Notes: generated from the sequence alone by a model not told the origin. 63,947 nucleotides of DNA, filler included, from Nitrospinae bacterium RIFCSPLOWO2_12_FULL_45_22 (GCA_001803565.1; 6 parts of 6 records of this genome joined end to end with filler, not necessarily neighbours in it); one strand, 5' to 3'. Positions 48,970 to 59,352 are shown, numbered from the whole stretch's first letter. Made by a program: numbers and translations.

Positions 48970-49664
48970 CTACTTACTCCTCACTCCTTTTCTTCCCCAT
49001 TTAATTTCCGCTTCTGAAGGTCTAATATAGTGGGGTTTTATGGAGCTAATATCTTCTAGCTGGCCCTCTTTTATCTTTTCAAAAGCCAGTAAGGCCACAC
49101 AGGCCCCTACTGAAGCACTCCTCCCTTCAGCAACAAAAAAAGCCTCTTTCTTCAACCCCTGCAGGAAAAGGTCTCTATACAACCCTATGCCCTCTCCCCG
49201 GAATATTACTGGCTCGTGGATATATTGGCAAAGGTCCTTAGGCGGTAAAACCATTTCCGGAAAGGCCCTCTGCAGGGTAGGCCCATGTTTTTTATAAAAA
49301 CCGGCATAAACCTCCCCTTTTCTTGCATCCAGTACAGGACAAATCAGGTAGGGGACAAAAGGTAGCCCAAAGGCCATAGCCTCTAGCGTAGAAACCCCCA
49401 CCAATGGTTTACCAGTAGCATAGGCCAACCCCTTGGCTACACTCAGCCCGATCCTTAAGCCCGTAAAAGAGCCTGGCCCAATAGTAACACCAAACCCACT
49501 AAGGTCTTCTAAGGTAAGGGAGGTTTCTTTTAAGGCCAGTTCAATAGAGGAGAGGAGCCTTTTGGAATGCGATATATCAGACTTTCTAGTATAATTGACT
49601 ATTAACTGATCCTCATAAGTAATAGCAACACTACCGGTTTTAGTGGCTGTATCAAAAGCCAGAA
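48970..49664 (-). CDS. tsaB: tRNA threonylcarbamoyladenosine biosynthesis protein (5' end in gap)
   Basis: LAFDTAT, HS, GPGSFTGLRIG upstream of the called ORF; DARKGEVY, P.YIR.SEAE. Confidence 0.93.
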
Positions 49665-49764
49665 NNNNNNNNNNNNNNNNNNNNNNNNNNNNNNNNNNNN
49701 NNNNNNNNTTAATTAATTAANNNNNNNNNNNNNNNNNNNNNNNNNNNNNNNNNNNNNNNNNNNN
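49665..49764. other. Artificial contig linker
   Basis: N-TTAATTAATTAA-N. Confidence 0.95.
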
Positions 49765-51041
49765 TGGAAAATATCATTCTGGTAGCGTAAGTAATAAGCC
49801 AGATCAAAGCAGTTGTCTAGCTCCTCCTGGGTAAAAGCCCGCTGGATTTCTGGGTCAGCCCATAATAGGTCTTTGAACTCACCCTGGCCTTGCCAACTGG
49901 CCATAGCGGCCTTTTGCACTATCTGGTATGCCTTTTCCCGAGATAACCCTTTTTTAGCCAGCTCCAACAGTACCTTCTGCGAAAAGATCACCCCACGGGT
50001 CTTCTGGAGATTAGCCTTCATGCTCTCAGGATAGACCTTGAGAGAGTTAATGAGCTGAGTCATCCGGTTCAGCATGTAATCTACCAATATGGTACTATCG
50101 GGCAAGATAACCCGCTCTACCGAAGAGTGGCTGATATCCCGTTCATGCCACAAGGGGATATTTTCTAGGGCCGCTAAAGAGTATGAGCGGACCAGCCGGG
50201 CCAGGCCGCACAACTGTTCAGCCGTGATAGGATTACGTTTATGGGGCATAGCTGAAGAGCCTTTCTGCCCTTCAGAAAAGAACTCTTCTGCCTCCAATAC
50301 CTCGGTTCGTTGCAAGTGCCTCAGTTCAGTAGCAAATTTGTCTATTGAGGTAGCAATGATGGCCAGAGCAGATAAGAACTCAGCGTGCCTATCTCGTTGG
50401 ATGATCTGACTGGAGATAGGGGCGGGCTTCAGGCTACAACGCTGGCAGACATATTCCTCCACCTGGGGTGGGACATGAGCAAAGGTACCCACCGCGCCAG
50501 AGAGCTTACCATAGCTAATAACATCCTTGGCCCGCACCATCCGCTCATAATTCCGCCGGGCCTCTTCATACCAGAGGGCCAGTTTCCAGCCCAGGGTGAT
50601 AGGTTCAGCATGAATCCCATGGGTACGGCCAATCATAACCAGGTCTTTATATGCCATGGCCTTGTCCCGCAAGACCTTTTTTAACCCAGCCAGGTCATCC
50701 AGTATAATATCAGCCGCCTCACGCAACTGCATAGCTAAAGCAGTATCTAATATATCCGACGAAGTCAAGCCCAAATGCAAATAGCGAGAGTTATCGCCAA
50801 TATACTCACCTACATTGGTCAGGAAGGCTACTACATCGTGTTTTACTATCTGCTCAAGCTGATCTACCCGTTCTGGCTCATACCGGGCCCCGGTTTTGAT
50901 TTGTTCCAAAGCCTCAGTTGGTATCTCACCTAATGCGGCCCACGCTTCACATGCCAGTAGTTCAATAGCCAGCCACTTATCCAGCTTGTTTTTCTGATCC
51001 CAAATGCGGGTCATTACCGGCCTGCTATACCGCCCGATCAC
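49765..51041 (-). CDS. purB: Adenylosuccinate lyase (3' end in gap)
   Basis: HDVVAF, H.GLTSSD, GRTHG.HAEP, GSSAMPHKRNP, ERDISHSS. Confidence 0.96.
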
Positions 51042-51057
51042 TTTGCCCTCCTTCAAA

Positions 51058-51216
51058 TAGCGTTCAGCTATCAGCCGTCAGCTTTCAGCTAACTTAGATA
51101 GAGACTTATTGAGACTGGTAGAGAATAGTGTTGATAGAGTCTCAACAAGTCTCCATCAATCTCTATCAGTCTCTTGTCATTTGCTGACCACTGATGGCTG
51201 ACGGCTAAACGCTTAC
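51058..51216. repeat. TCAGC-heptamer inverted repeat enclosing a 10-mer (GAGACT) inverted repeat
   Basis: AGCGTTCAGCTATCAGCCGTCAGC...GCTGACGGCTAAACGCTTAC with inner AGAGACTTATTGAGACT...AGTCTCAACAAGTCTC. Confidence 0.72.
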
Positions 51217-51236
51217 TATTTTATGATATTTTGGGG

Positions 51237-52016
51237 TTAAAGTCCATCACCCAGGGTTATCAGGGTAGTGGGCTTATCCTGGCAGGAGACAATTACTTCG
51301 GAGGTATGACCCATAAGGGAGTTTTCCGCAGTTAGCCGGGCCAGGGCGGGGTCGTTATTTATCTCGCTTAAATGTGCCAGGATTACCCCCACTAACTGGC
51401 CATGGGCTATCTCAGCCAGCAGGTTACTAGAAACCTCATTAGATAGATGTCCTAGTTTACTACTGATACGTTGTTTTAGGGGCCAGGGATAAGGGCCGAT
51501 TTTCAACATCTCGGCGTCGTGGTTAGACTCAAGAATAATTAATCGAGCTCCTTGCACCCGCTCTTTGACTAATTTAGTCACATACCCCAGGTCTAAGGCG
51601 ATACTGATCTTGATTTGACCCATATAAAAATTGAATCCTACTGGATCGTAAGCATCGTGAGGAAGGGAGAAAGGTTCTACAGTCAACTCGTTCAGGGTAA
51701 AAGGCCGGCCCGTAGAAAAATATTCTATTTGCGGAATATTGCCTAATATAGTTTTACTGGCCTGGTGGGTAGCGGGGTTAAGATAGATAGGTATGTCATA
51801 TTTACGGGCTATAATTCTAGCACCGCGGATATGGTCAATATGTTCGTGAGTAATGAGGATAGCGGTTAAATCTTCCGGTCTTTGGTCAATGCTTTCCAGT
51901 CTCCGGGTTATCTCAGTGGCATTAAAACCAACGTCAATCAATATCTTGTTATTGACGGTTTCCAAAAATATAGCATTACCGCTACTGCCACTGCCTAAGA
52001 CACTGGCCCGAATAAT
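51237..52016 (-). CDS. Metallo-beta-lactamase-fold hydrolase (YycJ/WalJ-like), probable ATT start
   Basis: LGSGSSGN upstream of called start, THEHIDH, HDA.DP, ESNHD, GHLSN, LAHLS..NN. Confidence 0.88.
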   Translation of the reverse strand: MIRASVLGSGSSGNAIFLETVNNKILIDVGFNATEITRRLESIDQRPEDLTAILITHEHIDHIRGARIIARKYDIPIYLNPATHQASKTILGNIPQIEYFSTGRPFTLNELTVEPFSLPHDAYDPVGFNFYMGQIKISIALDLGYVTKLVKERVQGARLIILESNHDAEMLKIGPYPWPLKQRISSKLGHLSNEVSSNLLAEIAHGQLVGVILAHLSEINNDPALARLTAENSLMGHTSEVIVSCQDKPTTLITLGDGL

Positions 52017-52321
52017 ATGCTCCCCTCCTCTATAATCAAGCGCAAATCTTAAAGCGAAAAGCGCAAGACTAAGGTCAGATCGTAAGGCGTAAGTCGTGAG
52101 AGCATGAGGGGATAATAAACAAGAATAATTTCTCCTTATGCCCTAATCCATACCTTTAGGTTTTGCGCATTACCCGGTTAGCTTTCTTCGGTAGATATGG
52201 GCACATGAATATCATATAATCCCTTTGCTGTCAATCAAAAATCCTCATCGCTCTTTGTTGCTTGATAAAACTATTTGCCCAGTGTATATTTTGTTTCGTA
52301 TTATCAGCAAGGAGTGGAAAA

Positions 52322-52407
52322 ACCACAAAGGCACAAAGTTCACCAAGAAAAATTATTTTTAATTCATTGAAATATAGGTACTTTGTGATCTTTGTGACTC
52401 TGTGGTG
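52322..52407. repeat. CCACAAAGGCACAAAG-type inverted repeat
   Basis: ACCACAAAGGCACAAAGTTCACCAAG ... CTTTGTGATCTTTGTGACTCTGTGGT. Confidence 0.65.
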
Positions 52408-52449
52408 ATATTTATTCTCCACAGGATATTGAGCAATTACGATAATATT

Positions 52450-53094
52450 ATGAAGAGTAGGCTAATTAATATATTATTAGTAGTAATATTAGTTGTTTTA
52501 GCTGTATTTCTAAAGGTATACCTGAGCTCCCGCATGGAGTACCGGAAGGCTGAGGCCGCTTTCCAGCAACAGGATTATCATAAGGCTATTACCCATTATG
52601 AGCGTAGTATCCAATGGTATACACCAGCTAGTAAATATGTGGCAGGGGCAGCGCAGAGGCTCTGGCAGATAGGCGAGTTGACTGCGGGGCAGGGGAAGAG
52701 TGACCTGGCCCTGGAGGCATATGAATCACTCAGGAGTAGCTTTTATGCCGTTCGGAGCTTCTATACCCCGTATCGGGAATGGATAGATAAGTGTGATGAG
52801 AAGATTGCTTCATTAGTGGCGGCTAAAGGGCCTACGGTCAAGAGGGATATTGGCAAATCTTATGCCCAGCGGAGAGCCGAATACCTGAAGCTACTAAAGA
52901 AAGATGCAGCGCCTGATGTGACCTGGTCAGTCCTCCTGGAAGCAGGTTTTGTTGGCTGGATCGGCTCTACCATAGCCTTTATCTTCCAGGCCTTTAGCCG
53001 GGATGGTAGTTTTTATAATAAGAAGGCCTTATTTTGGGGTAGCCTTATAATAGCCTTCTATACCCTCTGGATCATCGGCATGCTGAAGGCCTAG
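52450..53094 (+). CDS. Membrane protein with a TPR-like segment
   Basis: N-terminal TM, A..HYERSI.WY.P, two C-terminal TMs. Confidence 0.65.
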   Translation: MKSRLINILLVVILVVLAVFLKVYLSSRMEYRKAEAAFQQQDYHKAITHYERSIQWYTPASKYVAGAAQRLWQIGELTAGQGKSDLALEAYESLRSSFYAVRSFYTPYREWIDKCDEKIASLVAAKGPTVKRDIGKSYAQRRAEYLKLLKKDAAPDVTWSVLLEAGFVGWIGSTIAFIFQAFSRDGSFYNKKALFWGSLIIAFYTLWIIGMLKA

Positions 53095-53158
53095 ATGGGG
53101 AAAAAGTCTAGCTATAACGAATAGAGGACTATTTTATACTTCATACTTCGGATACTTA

Positions 53159-54460
53159 TTAAGTCAAAGATACTTTTCTCTCCCGGGCTTCCCTGGCCAG
53201 CATCTCCCGAAAATCGGGATGGGCCAGCGAGATAAGGGCTTCTGCTCGCTGCCGCAGGTTTTTCCCATGGATATTTACCGCACCATACTCGGTTACTATC
53301 CAATGGACATCGCCTCTAGAGGTAGTTGCTGCTGCACCAGGGTCTAGTTTTGGTACGATGCGGGATACCTGGCCACTCTGGGCCGTGGAAGGTAGGGCGA
53401 TAATTGGTTTGCCCCCTTCTGCCCGGGCAGCCCCCCGGATAAAATCTAGCTGTCCCCCTATGCCACTAAATTGCCTGGTTCCTATGGTATCGGCACAGAC
53501 CTGTCCGGTTATATCCACCTGGAGGGCAGAATTTATGGCCACCATATTTTTGTTTTGGCTGATGATAAAGGGATCGTTGGTATAGTGGGAGGGATGGAGT
53601 TCAATGATGGGGTTATTATTTACAAAATCGTATAGTTCTTTACTGCCCATCAAAAAACTGGAGACTATCTTACCCGGGTGGAGGGTCTTTTTTTCGTTGG
53701 TGATCGCACCGTTTTCTACCAATTCCATTACCCCATCAGAAAACATCTCGGTATGGATACCCAGGTCTTTCTTTTCTCCCAGGTAAGATAAGACAGCATC
53801 GGGTATAGCCCCAATGCCCATCTGTAAGGTAGCACCATCCTCAATCAAGTCTGCTACATGGCGCCCGATCCTCTTATGTACCTCCGTAAATTCTGTCCTG
53901 GGAAGGTTTAGGATGGGAGTGGATGTTTCTACGATGGCTGAGAGCTTGCTCACATGGATAAAGCTATCTCCTAAGGTGCGGGGCATCTGGTCATCAACCT
54001 CAGCAATGATTATTTTGGCACTCTCGGCAGCGGGCTTGATTATATCTACCGAAACCCCATAGGAACAAAAGCCATGTTCATCAGGGGGTGACAACTGTAC
54101 CAGAGCCACATCAATAGGCAGTAATCCATTTTTAAATAGCCTGGGAATCTCAGATAGAAATATAGGTATAAAGTCTGCCCGACCTTCATTCACCGCGGCC
54201 CTGGTATTGGCACCCACAAAGAAGGCATTATGTCTGAAGATTCCTGAATACTCCTTGGCCGTATAATCGGCAATACCCATAGTAAGTAGGCTCACAACCT
54301 CGACGTCCCTTAATTCCGGTGCCAGGTTATTCAGGGCTTTGACCAGGGTCTGCGGTTCCGCACACCCTGAGCCGATAATGATCCGCTGGCCCGGTTTTAG
54401 CAACCCAATTGCTTTTTCGGGAGTAGTAATCTTACTTCGATAGATAGTAGGCCAATCCAT
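53159..54460 (-). CDS. Acetyl-CoA hydrolase / 4-hydroxybutyrate CoA-transferase family
   Basis: TLQMGIGAIP, LGIHTEMFSDG, SG.GGQ.DF.RGA, VTEYG, AHPDFR. Confidence 0.92.
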   Translation of the reverse strand: MDWPTIYRSKITTPEKAIGLLKPGQRIIIGSGCAEPQTLVKALNNLAPELRDVEVVSLLTMGIADYTAKEYSGIFRHNAFFVGANTRAAVNEGRADFIPIFLSEIPRLFKNGLLPIDVALVQLSPPDEHGFCSYGVSVDIIKPAAESAKIIIAEVDDQMPRTLGDSFIHVSKLSAIVETSTPILNLPRTEFTEVHKRIGRHVADLIEDGATLQMGIGAIPDAVLSYLGEKKDLGIHTEMFSDGVMELVENGAITNEKKTLHPGKIVSSFLMGSKELYDFVNNNPIIELHPSHYTNDPFIISQNKNMVAINSALQVDITGQVCADTIGTRQFSGIGGQLDFIRGAARAEGGKPIIALPSTAQSGQVSRIVPKLDPGAAATTSRGDVHWIVTEYGAVNIHGKNLRQRAEALISLAHPDFREMLAREARERKVSLT

Positions 54461-54461
54461 C

Positions 54462-55574
54462 TCAAATACCTTCTACTAGGCTGTATTCCCTGCCCAGGAG
54501 CCGGCCCAGTACCGGGCTGATAATCTTACCCCGGTGGGTATAAGTCCCCCGGGCTAAATCCGGCATGTGCCTCAAGAAATCATCCCCCCACTCTCCTATT
54601 TCAAGGATATAGGGTAATAATACATGGCTGATGACAAAGGAGGCGGAGTTTGCTACCAGCGAGGTCAGGTTAGGTACACAGTAATGGATTACTCCTTTAT
54701 AATCATAAATTGGATTGATCAGCGTGGTAGGTCGGCTGGTAGCAACACACCCTCCTTGATCAATAGAGATATCTATTATGACAGAACCCTTTCGCATAGA
54801 TGCTACCATCTCCTCGGATACCATGAGAGGTGTTTTCCCTCCCGGGACATAGATGGCACCAATAAAGACGTCGGCCGTTTTTATCCATTCCGTGAGCCCG
54901 TGAATACTGGCAAACCCAGTAGCAATCCTTTTACCCAACTGCTGTTCTACCAGTCGCAGCTTTGCTATATCTCGGTCCAAAACCAGGACATTGGCTCCTA
55001 GAGCGGCAGCGACCTGTGCGGCGCTCCTACCCACCGAGCCTGCCCCCAGGATCAGTACGTTTGCCGGGGGGATACCTGGTGTCCCACCCAGGAGGATACC
55101 CCGGCCTCCCAGGTTGCTTTGCAAATATTGCGCAGCTATCTGGATACTAAGCTGTCCGGCAACCTCACTGGTAGAAGCCAATAGAGGTAATTCTCCATTT
55201 TCGCGGGCTATTACCTCAAACCCGATAGCGGTTATCTCATTCTTAAGGAGTTCATCAATATAGCTCTCGCTGGCTACGGCCAGGTGCAAGAAGGCTATGA
55301 GGATACTTCCCCGGTTCAATAACGAGATATCCTGAATGGGCGGGGCAGTAACCTTAAGTAAGAGCTTGGCTCTTTGGTAAACCTCATCACTAGAATAGAC
55401 TATTGTTGCCCCTCTAGCCCCATAGTCTTCATCGGCAAAATTGCTGGCTGCACCAGCCCCTTTGAGCAGATAAACCCTATGATTATGCCGGGTAAGAGAG
55501 CTTACTGCCCCGGGGGATAGGGGTACTCTAAAGTCCGGTTCTTTTGGATCATAGACAATTCCAATATCCATCAT
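54462..55574 (-). CDS. ald: Alanine dehydrogenase family protein
   Basis: RVPLSP, FLHLA, SEVAG, GILLGG.PG, GAGSVG, IDQGGC, HYCVPN. Confidence 0.85.
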   Translation of the reverse strand: MMDIGIVYDPKEPDFRVPLSPGAVSSLTRHNHRVYLLKGAGAASNFADEDYGARGATIVYSSDEVYQRAKLLLKVTAPPIQDISLLNRGSILIAFLHLAVASESYIDELLKNEITAIGFEVIARENGELPLLASTSEVAGQLSIQIAAQYLQSNLGGRGILLGGTPGIPPANVLILGAGSVGRSAAQVAAALGANVLVLDRDIAKLRLVEQQLGKRIATGFASIHGLTEWIKTADVFIGAIYVPGGKTPLMVSEEMVASMRKGSVIIDISIDQGGCVATSRPTTLINPIYDYKGVIHYCVPNLTSLVANSASFVISHVLLPYILEIGEWGDDFLRHMPDLARGTYTHRGKIISPVLGRLLGREYSLVEGI

Positions 55575-55714
55575 GAAATTCCTTCTTTAGCGGTCTTATA
55601 ATAGGTATTCCAGGCCAATACCGATACCGCAATACCCATAATGGTATCACCTATTCCGGCATGTTGCCCCAGGGCATAATAGTAAATGGGCACAGGCGGA
55701 TAGGTTTCTGCTAC

Positions 55715-56998
55715 TTATTTCTCTTTTAATGAGAACTTTAGGACCGGTGGGGTTACTAAAGTCGTTACAATAACCATAATAACTATGGCCGAAAAGACAG
55801 CTTCGCTTAACACTCCTAGCACTTTTCCAATGCTGGCAAAGATTAAACCTACCTCTCCTCGAGGAATCATAGCCAATCCGATTAAAAAACGGTTATACTC
55901 CTTCTTGACTGTAAGTCCACAAACCTGTTTTCCAACTATGGCGGCTAAAGTCAGGCCGGCGGCAATACCTAAAACAGAAACATCTGCGAAGGTCTCGAGT
56001 CTTACCTGGATGCCGATCAGGACGAAAAAGATAGGCACTAAGAAATAAGAAATAGGTTTGATCAATTCCCTAACCTCTAAGTCCCCTCTAAAATTCTCGA
56101 AATGACCCTCTTCTAGAATCAGACCAGCGGCAAAAGCCCCTACAATGGTAGATAATCCTACTGAATCTGCCAGGTAGGATAGAACAAAGGCGAAGATCAA
56201 GGCCACAATTGTCTTCACCCCTTTAACCTGCATCATTGCCGCATACTTTCCAATAGTGGACGCAGAATATGTCCCGATACCAATAGCCAAAACTAAGAAA
56301 AGGATAGCCTTAAGAGTAACCCAGCTAATTGACAGAAGTCCAATACTTCCAGTGTTGATGATTCCACTAATTATTGCCAGTATAATCAATCCTAAAACAT
56401 CATCAATGACAGCAGCGCCTAAAACAATCCTGGCTTCCGGTATTCCAAGTTTTCCCAGATCCTTAAAAACCCGGGCAGTAATTCCCACCGAAGTAGCACA
56501 TAAGGTGGCCCCGATAAAAAGATGCGTGTTCGTACCAGCCGCAGGTAAAAACCATCGACTAACCATATATCCTAAGATAAGAGGGGCGATCACGCCAGCG
56601 ATGGCAACCAACAAAGAAGGTATTCCTACTTGCTTCATTTCTTTTAAATCAGATTCTAACCCCACCTCGAAGAGTAGGATTATTACGCCTACCCGAGCAA
56701 AAATATCGATAAAATCATCTGTTCTTAAAAAATCAAAGAAGTTAATATTGGCTAGGGCCAGATTTCCGAGGAGCACACCAAAGATTAATTCCCCTAAAAC
56801 TGAAGGCTGCTTAAATCTCTCAAAGACCTCTCCACCTAATTTAGCGGCCAGTAGAATAACTATTAAGCCATATAGCACTGGGGCGATTGGGTCTGCATGA
56901 CCTACTTCGTGTTGCTCGGTTGCCGACACCCCCACAGGGGCCGTTAGGAATATTAAAGCAAGCCATAGCATTAAAAAGACCAACTTCTTCGTTTTCAT
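55715..56998 (-). CDS. CPA2-family cation:proton antiporter
   Basis: LF.VGLE, ATSVGIT, AVIDD, GAF.AG, PRGEV. Confidence 0.9.
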   Translation of the reverse strand: MKTKKLVFLMLWLALIFLTAPVGVSATEQHEVGHADPIAPVLYGLIVILLAAKLGGEVFERFKQPSVLGELIFGVLLGNLALANINFFDFLRTDDFIDIFARVGVIILLFEVGLESDLKEMKQVGIPSLLVAIAGVIAPLILGYMVSRWFLPAAGTNTHLFIGATLCATSVGITARVFKDLGKLGIPEARIVLGAAVIDDVLGLIILAIISGIINTGSIGLLSISWVTLKAILFLVLAIGIGTYSASTIGKYAAMMQVKGVKTIVALIFAFVLSYLADSVGLSTIVGAFAAGLILEEGHFENFRGDLEVRELIKPISYFLVPIFFVLIGIQVRLETFADVSVLGIAAGLTLAAIVGKQVCGLTVKKEYNRFLIGLAMIPRGEVGLIFASIGKVLGVLSEAVFSAIVIMVIVTTLVTPPVLKFSLKEK

Positions 56999-57053
56999 AG
57001 AAATTTCTTCCCACCAAAATTTAGGAAATGGAAAATTTAAAACAAAATAAAGT

Positions 57054-57273
57054 GTAACTGCTTAGCCACGGATGGATACGGATAGGCACCGATGTACAAA
57101 AATCCGTCTCAATGCAAAAGGTAAAATTAGCAATTAGCATTTCAAATCAATTCCTCATTGTTAATTGCGCATTTTTCATTGCCAATTTTGCAATGAAGGC
57201 GGAAATTGATCAGTGTTCATCCGTGTGTATCTGTGGCAAATATTTATAAAACTTTATTTGGCTAAATTGTTAC
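57054..57273. mobile_element. MITE with GTAAC TIRs and 8-bp TSD AATAAAGT
   Basis: GTAACTGCTTAGCCA ... TGGCTAAATTGTTAC flanked by AATAAAGT at 57046-57053 and 57274-57281; nested CACGGAT and heptamer arms. Confidence 0.8.
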
Positions 57274-57292
57274 AATAAAGTCTTCGTAATTA

Positions 57293-58255
57293 TTATCTTC
57301 CATTTTCTAGTTCCTTTAAAAGGGCCTTTAATTCCATTGTTTGTGGGAACAATTTTAGCCCCCTATCTATGCCATCCTTTAGTATAGCCTTAGCTCGCTC
57401 GGTAAGATTTAGCGCAAGAGAACAACTCGATAAATGGCAAACGGCTTCAGCATCCAGGGGGTTCAGTTCTAGAGCTTTTTCAAACTGGGTGGCAGCCTCC
57501 TGGTATCGTTTTTGTTCCAGATATACTCTACCTAGGAGAAAATGGGCACTAGCATGGTTAGGATAAAGCTGCAGGGTTCTTTCAAATCTGACTCTGGCTT
57601 TATCTACTTCACCAATTTGCTGATATCTTTTAGCTAGTTCCAAACTAGCCGCTGCATGAGAAGGAACAAGTCCTAATATCTTCTCAAAGATATTAATAGC
57701 CTTATATATCTCTCCCCTTTGATAAAAGATAATCCCTAACAGGTACATAGCACTCACATAAGTGGGATTTATGCTGAGGGCACTCTCAAGATGGCTAATA
57801 GCACGATTCAGGTCAAACTTTATATGGGCAATTGAGCCCAGATAAAAATGGATAGAAGGTGAATTAGGATTTTTTAATAGGGTTTTTTCAAAACAATCTT
57901 GGGCTTCATCTAATTCTCCGTGGTCATATAAGGCTACCCCGTAACGGTAGAGGACCGCAGGTGCTTCCGGAGTTTTAGCCAATGCATTTTTAAAGTATTC
58001 ACAGGCCGTATCTATTAAACCAATATCATAATGGACCATGCCTAGATAATAATCTGTCATTCTCATTTCAGGATATAGATCTAAGGCCTCCCTCCACTTT
58101 TCTATGGCCTGCTGCCACTCTCCTCTGTGATAGCAATCAAGGGCCACTCGGTGTAAGTCATGGGCCATTACCTTAATGTTTCTTTGGGTTACCATATTTT
58201 GAATTTCCTCTAGTTTCGAAAGGGGATTACTCTTTCCTTTGACTCTCCCTATCAT
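57293..58255 (-). CDS. Tetratricopeptide repeat protein
   Basis: Consecutive 34-aa units with LG..Y...G...A...F...L...P. Confidence 0.85.
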   Translation of the reverse strand: MIGRVKGKSNPLSKLEEIQNMVTQRNIKVMAHDLHRVALDCYHRGEWQQAIEKWREALDLYPEMRMTDYYLGMVHYDIGLIDTACEYFKNALAKTPEAPAVLYRYGVALYDHGELDEAQDCFEKTLLKNPNSPSIHFYLGSIAHIKFDLNRAISHLESALSINPTYVSAMYLLGIIFYQRGEIYKAINIFEKILGLVPSHAAASLELAKRYQQIGEVDKARVRFERTLQLYPNHASAHFLLGRVYLEQKRYQEAATQFEKALELNPLDAEAVCHLSSCSLALNLTERAKAILKDGIDRGLKLFPQTMELKALLKELENGR

Positions 58256-58417
58256 TAATTAATAGTTTCATTAGCACACTCGCCTATACTAAATTTTAAA
58301 TTATTTATAAACTATATTCATTATATAGTACAACTAATTACTTTCTAGAGATTAATTTTATGTTTTTACGCTATTTTGTGCTATATTAGTGATAAATAGA
58401 GTTATAATGTATGGACT

Positions 58418-58609
58418 TTACTTTAGCTTTTCTTGCATTGTCGCTAAATAACTTAATATATCGGCCATCTCTCCTTTCTGGAACTGGGGCCAAGGGATTT
58501 GTTGCGTGATTGTCTTTTTATACATGATCGGGGCATGGTTCCACATGATGCCCGCTATATCTAGGAGAGTTCCACCGATACTAACCTTGCCTAAATCAGG
58601 CCCGATAGC
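58418..58609 (-). pseudogene. C-terminal fragment resembling a c-type cytochrome domain (no CxxCH, no start)
   Basis: AIGPDL...IAGIMWNHAPIM...WPQFQKGEMADILSYL* in a frame shifted from ORF 58596-58892. Confidence 0.45.
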
Positions 58610-58961
58610 CCAACAGGGGTAATGCTTGTTGTAGGTAGACTACAGGGAAGAATCTAAGGGTCAGGGCCAGGTCAGTAATGGTTAGGTTATGGCTAAGGTC
58701 TAAAATAGACTCCAATCCTCTGAGTAGCATCGGCATTTGATAACTCAGCGCCACTCCATAAACAAACGGGATAAGGGATAGGCTTATCCTTACGAATCTA
58801 TCGGCTACCGACCTATCCTCTTTGGTAGTCCGAAGGACACTAGCTAGCCAAATCATACCGGAAGTCAGCAAGATGAACCGCAATAATATCACAAAAAAGG
58901 CTAGCTTACTATCTCCATACCTTTGAATCAGGTCAGAATAGCTGTGGATGTGGCTACCTAG
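58596..58961 (-). CDS. Membrane-protein fragment at contig end
   Basis: Hydrophobic frame that appears to continue to the linker; function not assignable. Confidence 0.35.
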   Translation of the reverse strand, partial: LGSHIHSYSDLIQRYGDSKLAFFVILLRFILLTSGMIWLASVLRTTKEDRSVADRFVRISLSLIPFVYGVALSYQMPMLLRGLESILDLSHNLTITDLALTLRFFPVVYLQQALPLLGYRA

Positions 58962-59061
58962 NNNNNNNNNNNNNNNNNNNNNNNNNNNNNNNNNNNNNNN
59001 NNNNNTTAATTAATTAANNNNNNNNNNNNNNNNNNNNNNNNNNNNNNNNNNNNNNNNNNNN
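58962..59061. other. Artificial contig linker
   Basis: N-TTAATTAATTAA-N. Confidence 0.95.
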
Positions 59062-59225
59062 AAACAGGGTTACTATGATGCCACATTATTGCTTGATATG
59101 TCTATATCTATTTAACTAATTGCTTACTAATGGCTAATTGCGAGTTCTTAAATTACCTCAAAAAAAATAAAAATTAAAAATAGAAAAATAGTAAAAAATA
59201 GGGACAGCGACCATTTAATAAAAAC

Positions 59226-59331
59226 TGCCTATGCACTTGACTCATGTAATGGATTTTTACACCCAAGATCTAGTGCCTAGATGTTTCCAAAAAACCATAT
59301 GTTGATGCAACCTTACTCAAGTGCATAGGCA
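59226..59331. mobile_element. 106-bp element with perfect 15-bp terminal inverted repeats
   Basis: TGCCTATGCACTTGA ... TCAAGTGCATAGGCA. Confidence 0.6.
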
Positions 59332-59352
59332 ATTAATAAGAAACTTGAAACT

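Noticed and set aside
56256-56900. Long antisense ORFs (also 10112-10594, 32036-32506, 47305-47805)
   Set aside because: Shadows of well-supported genes on the other strand
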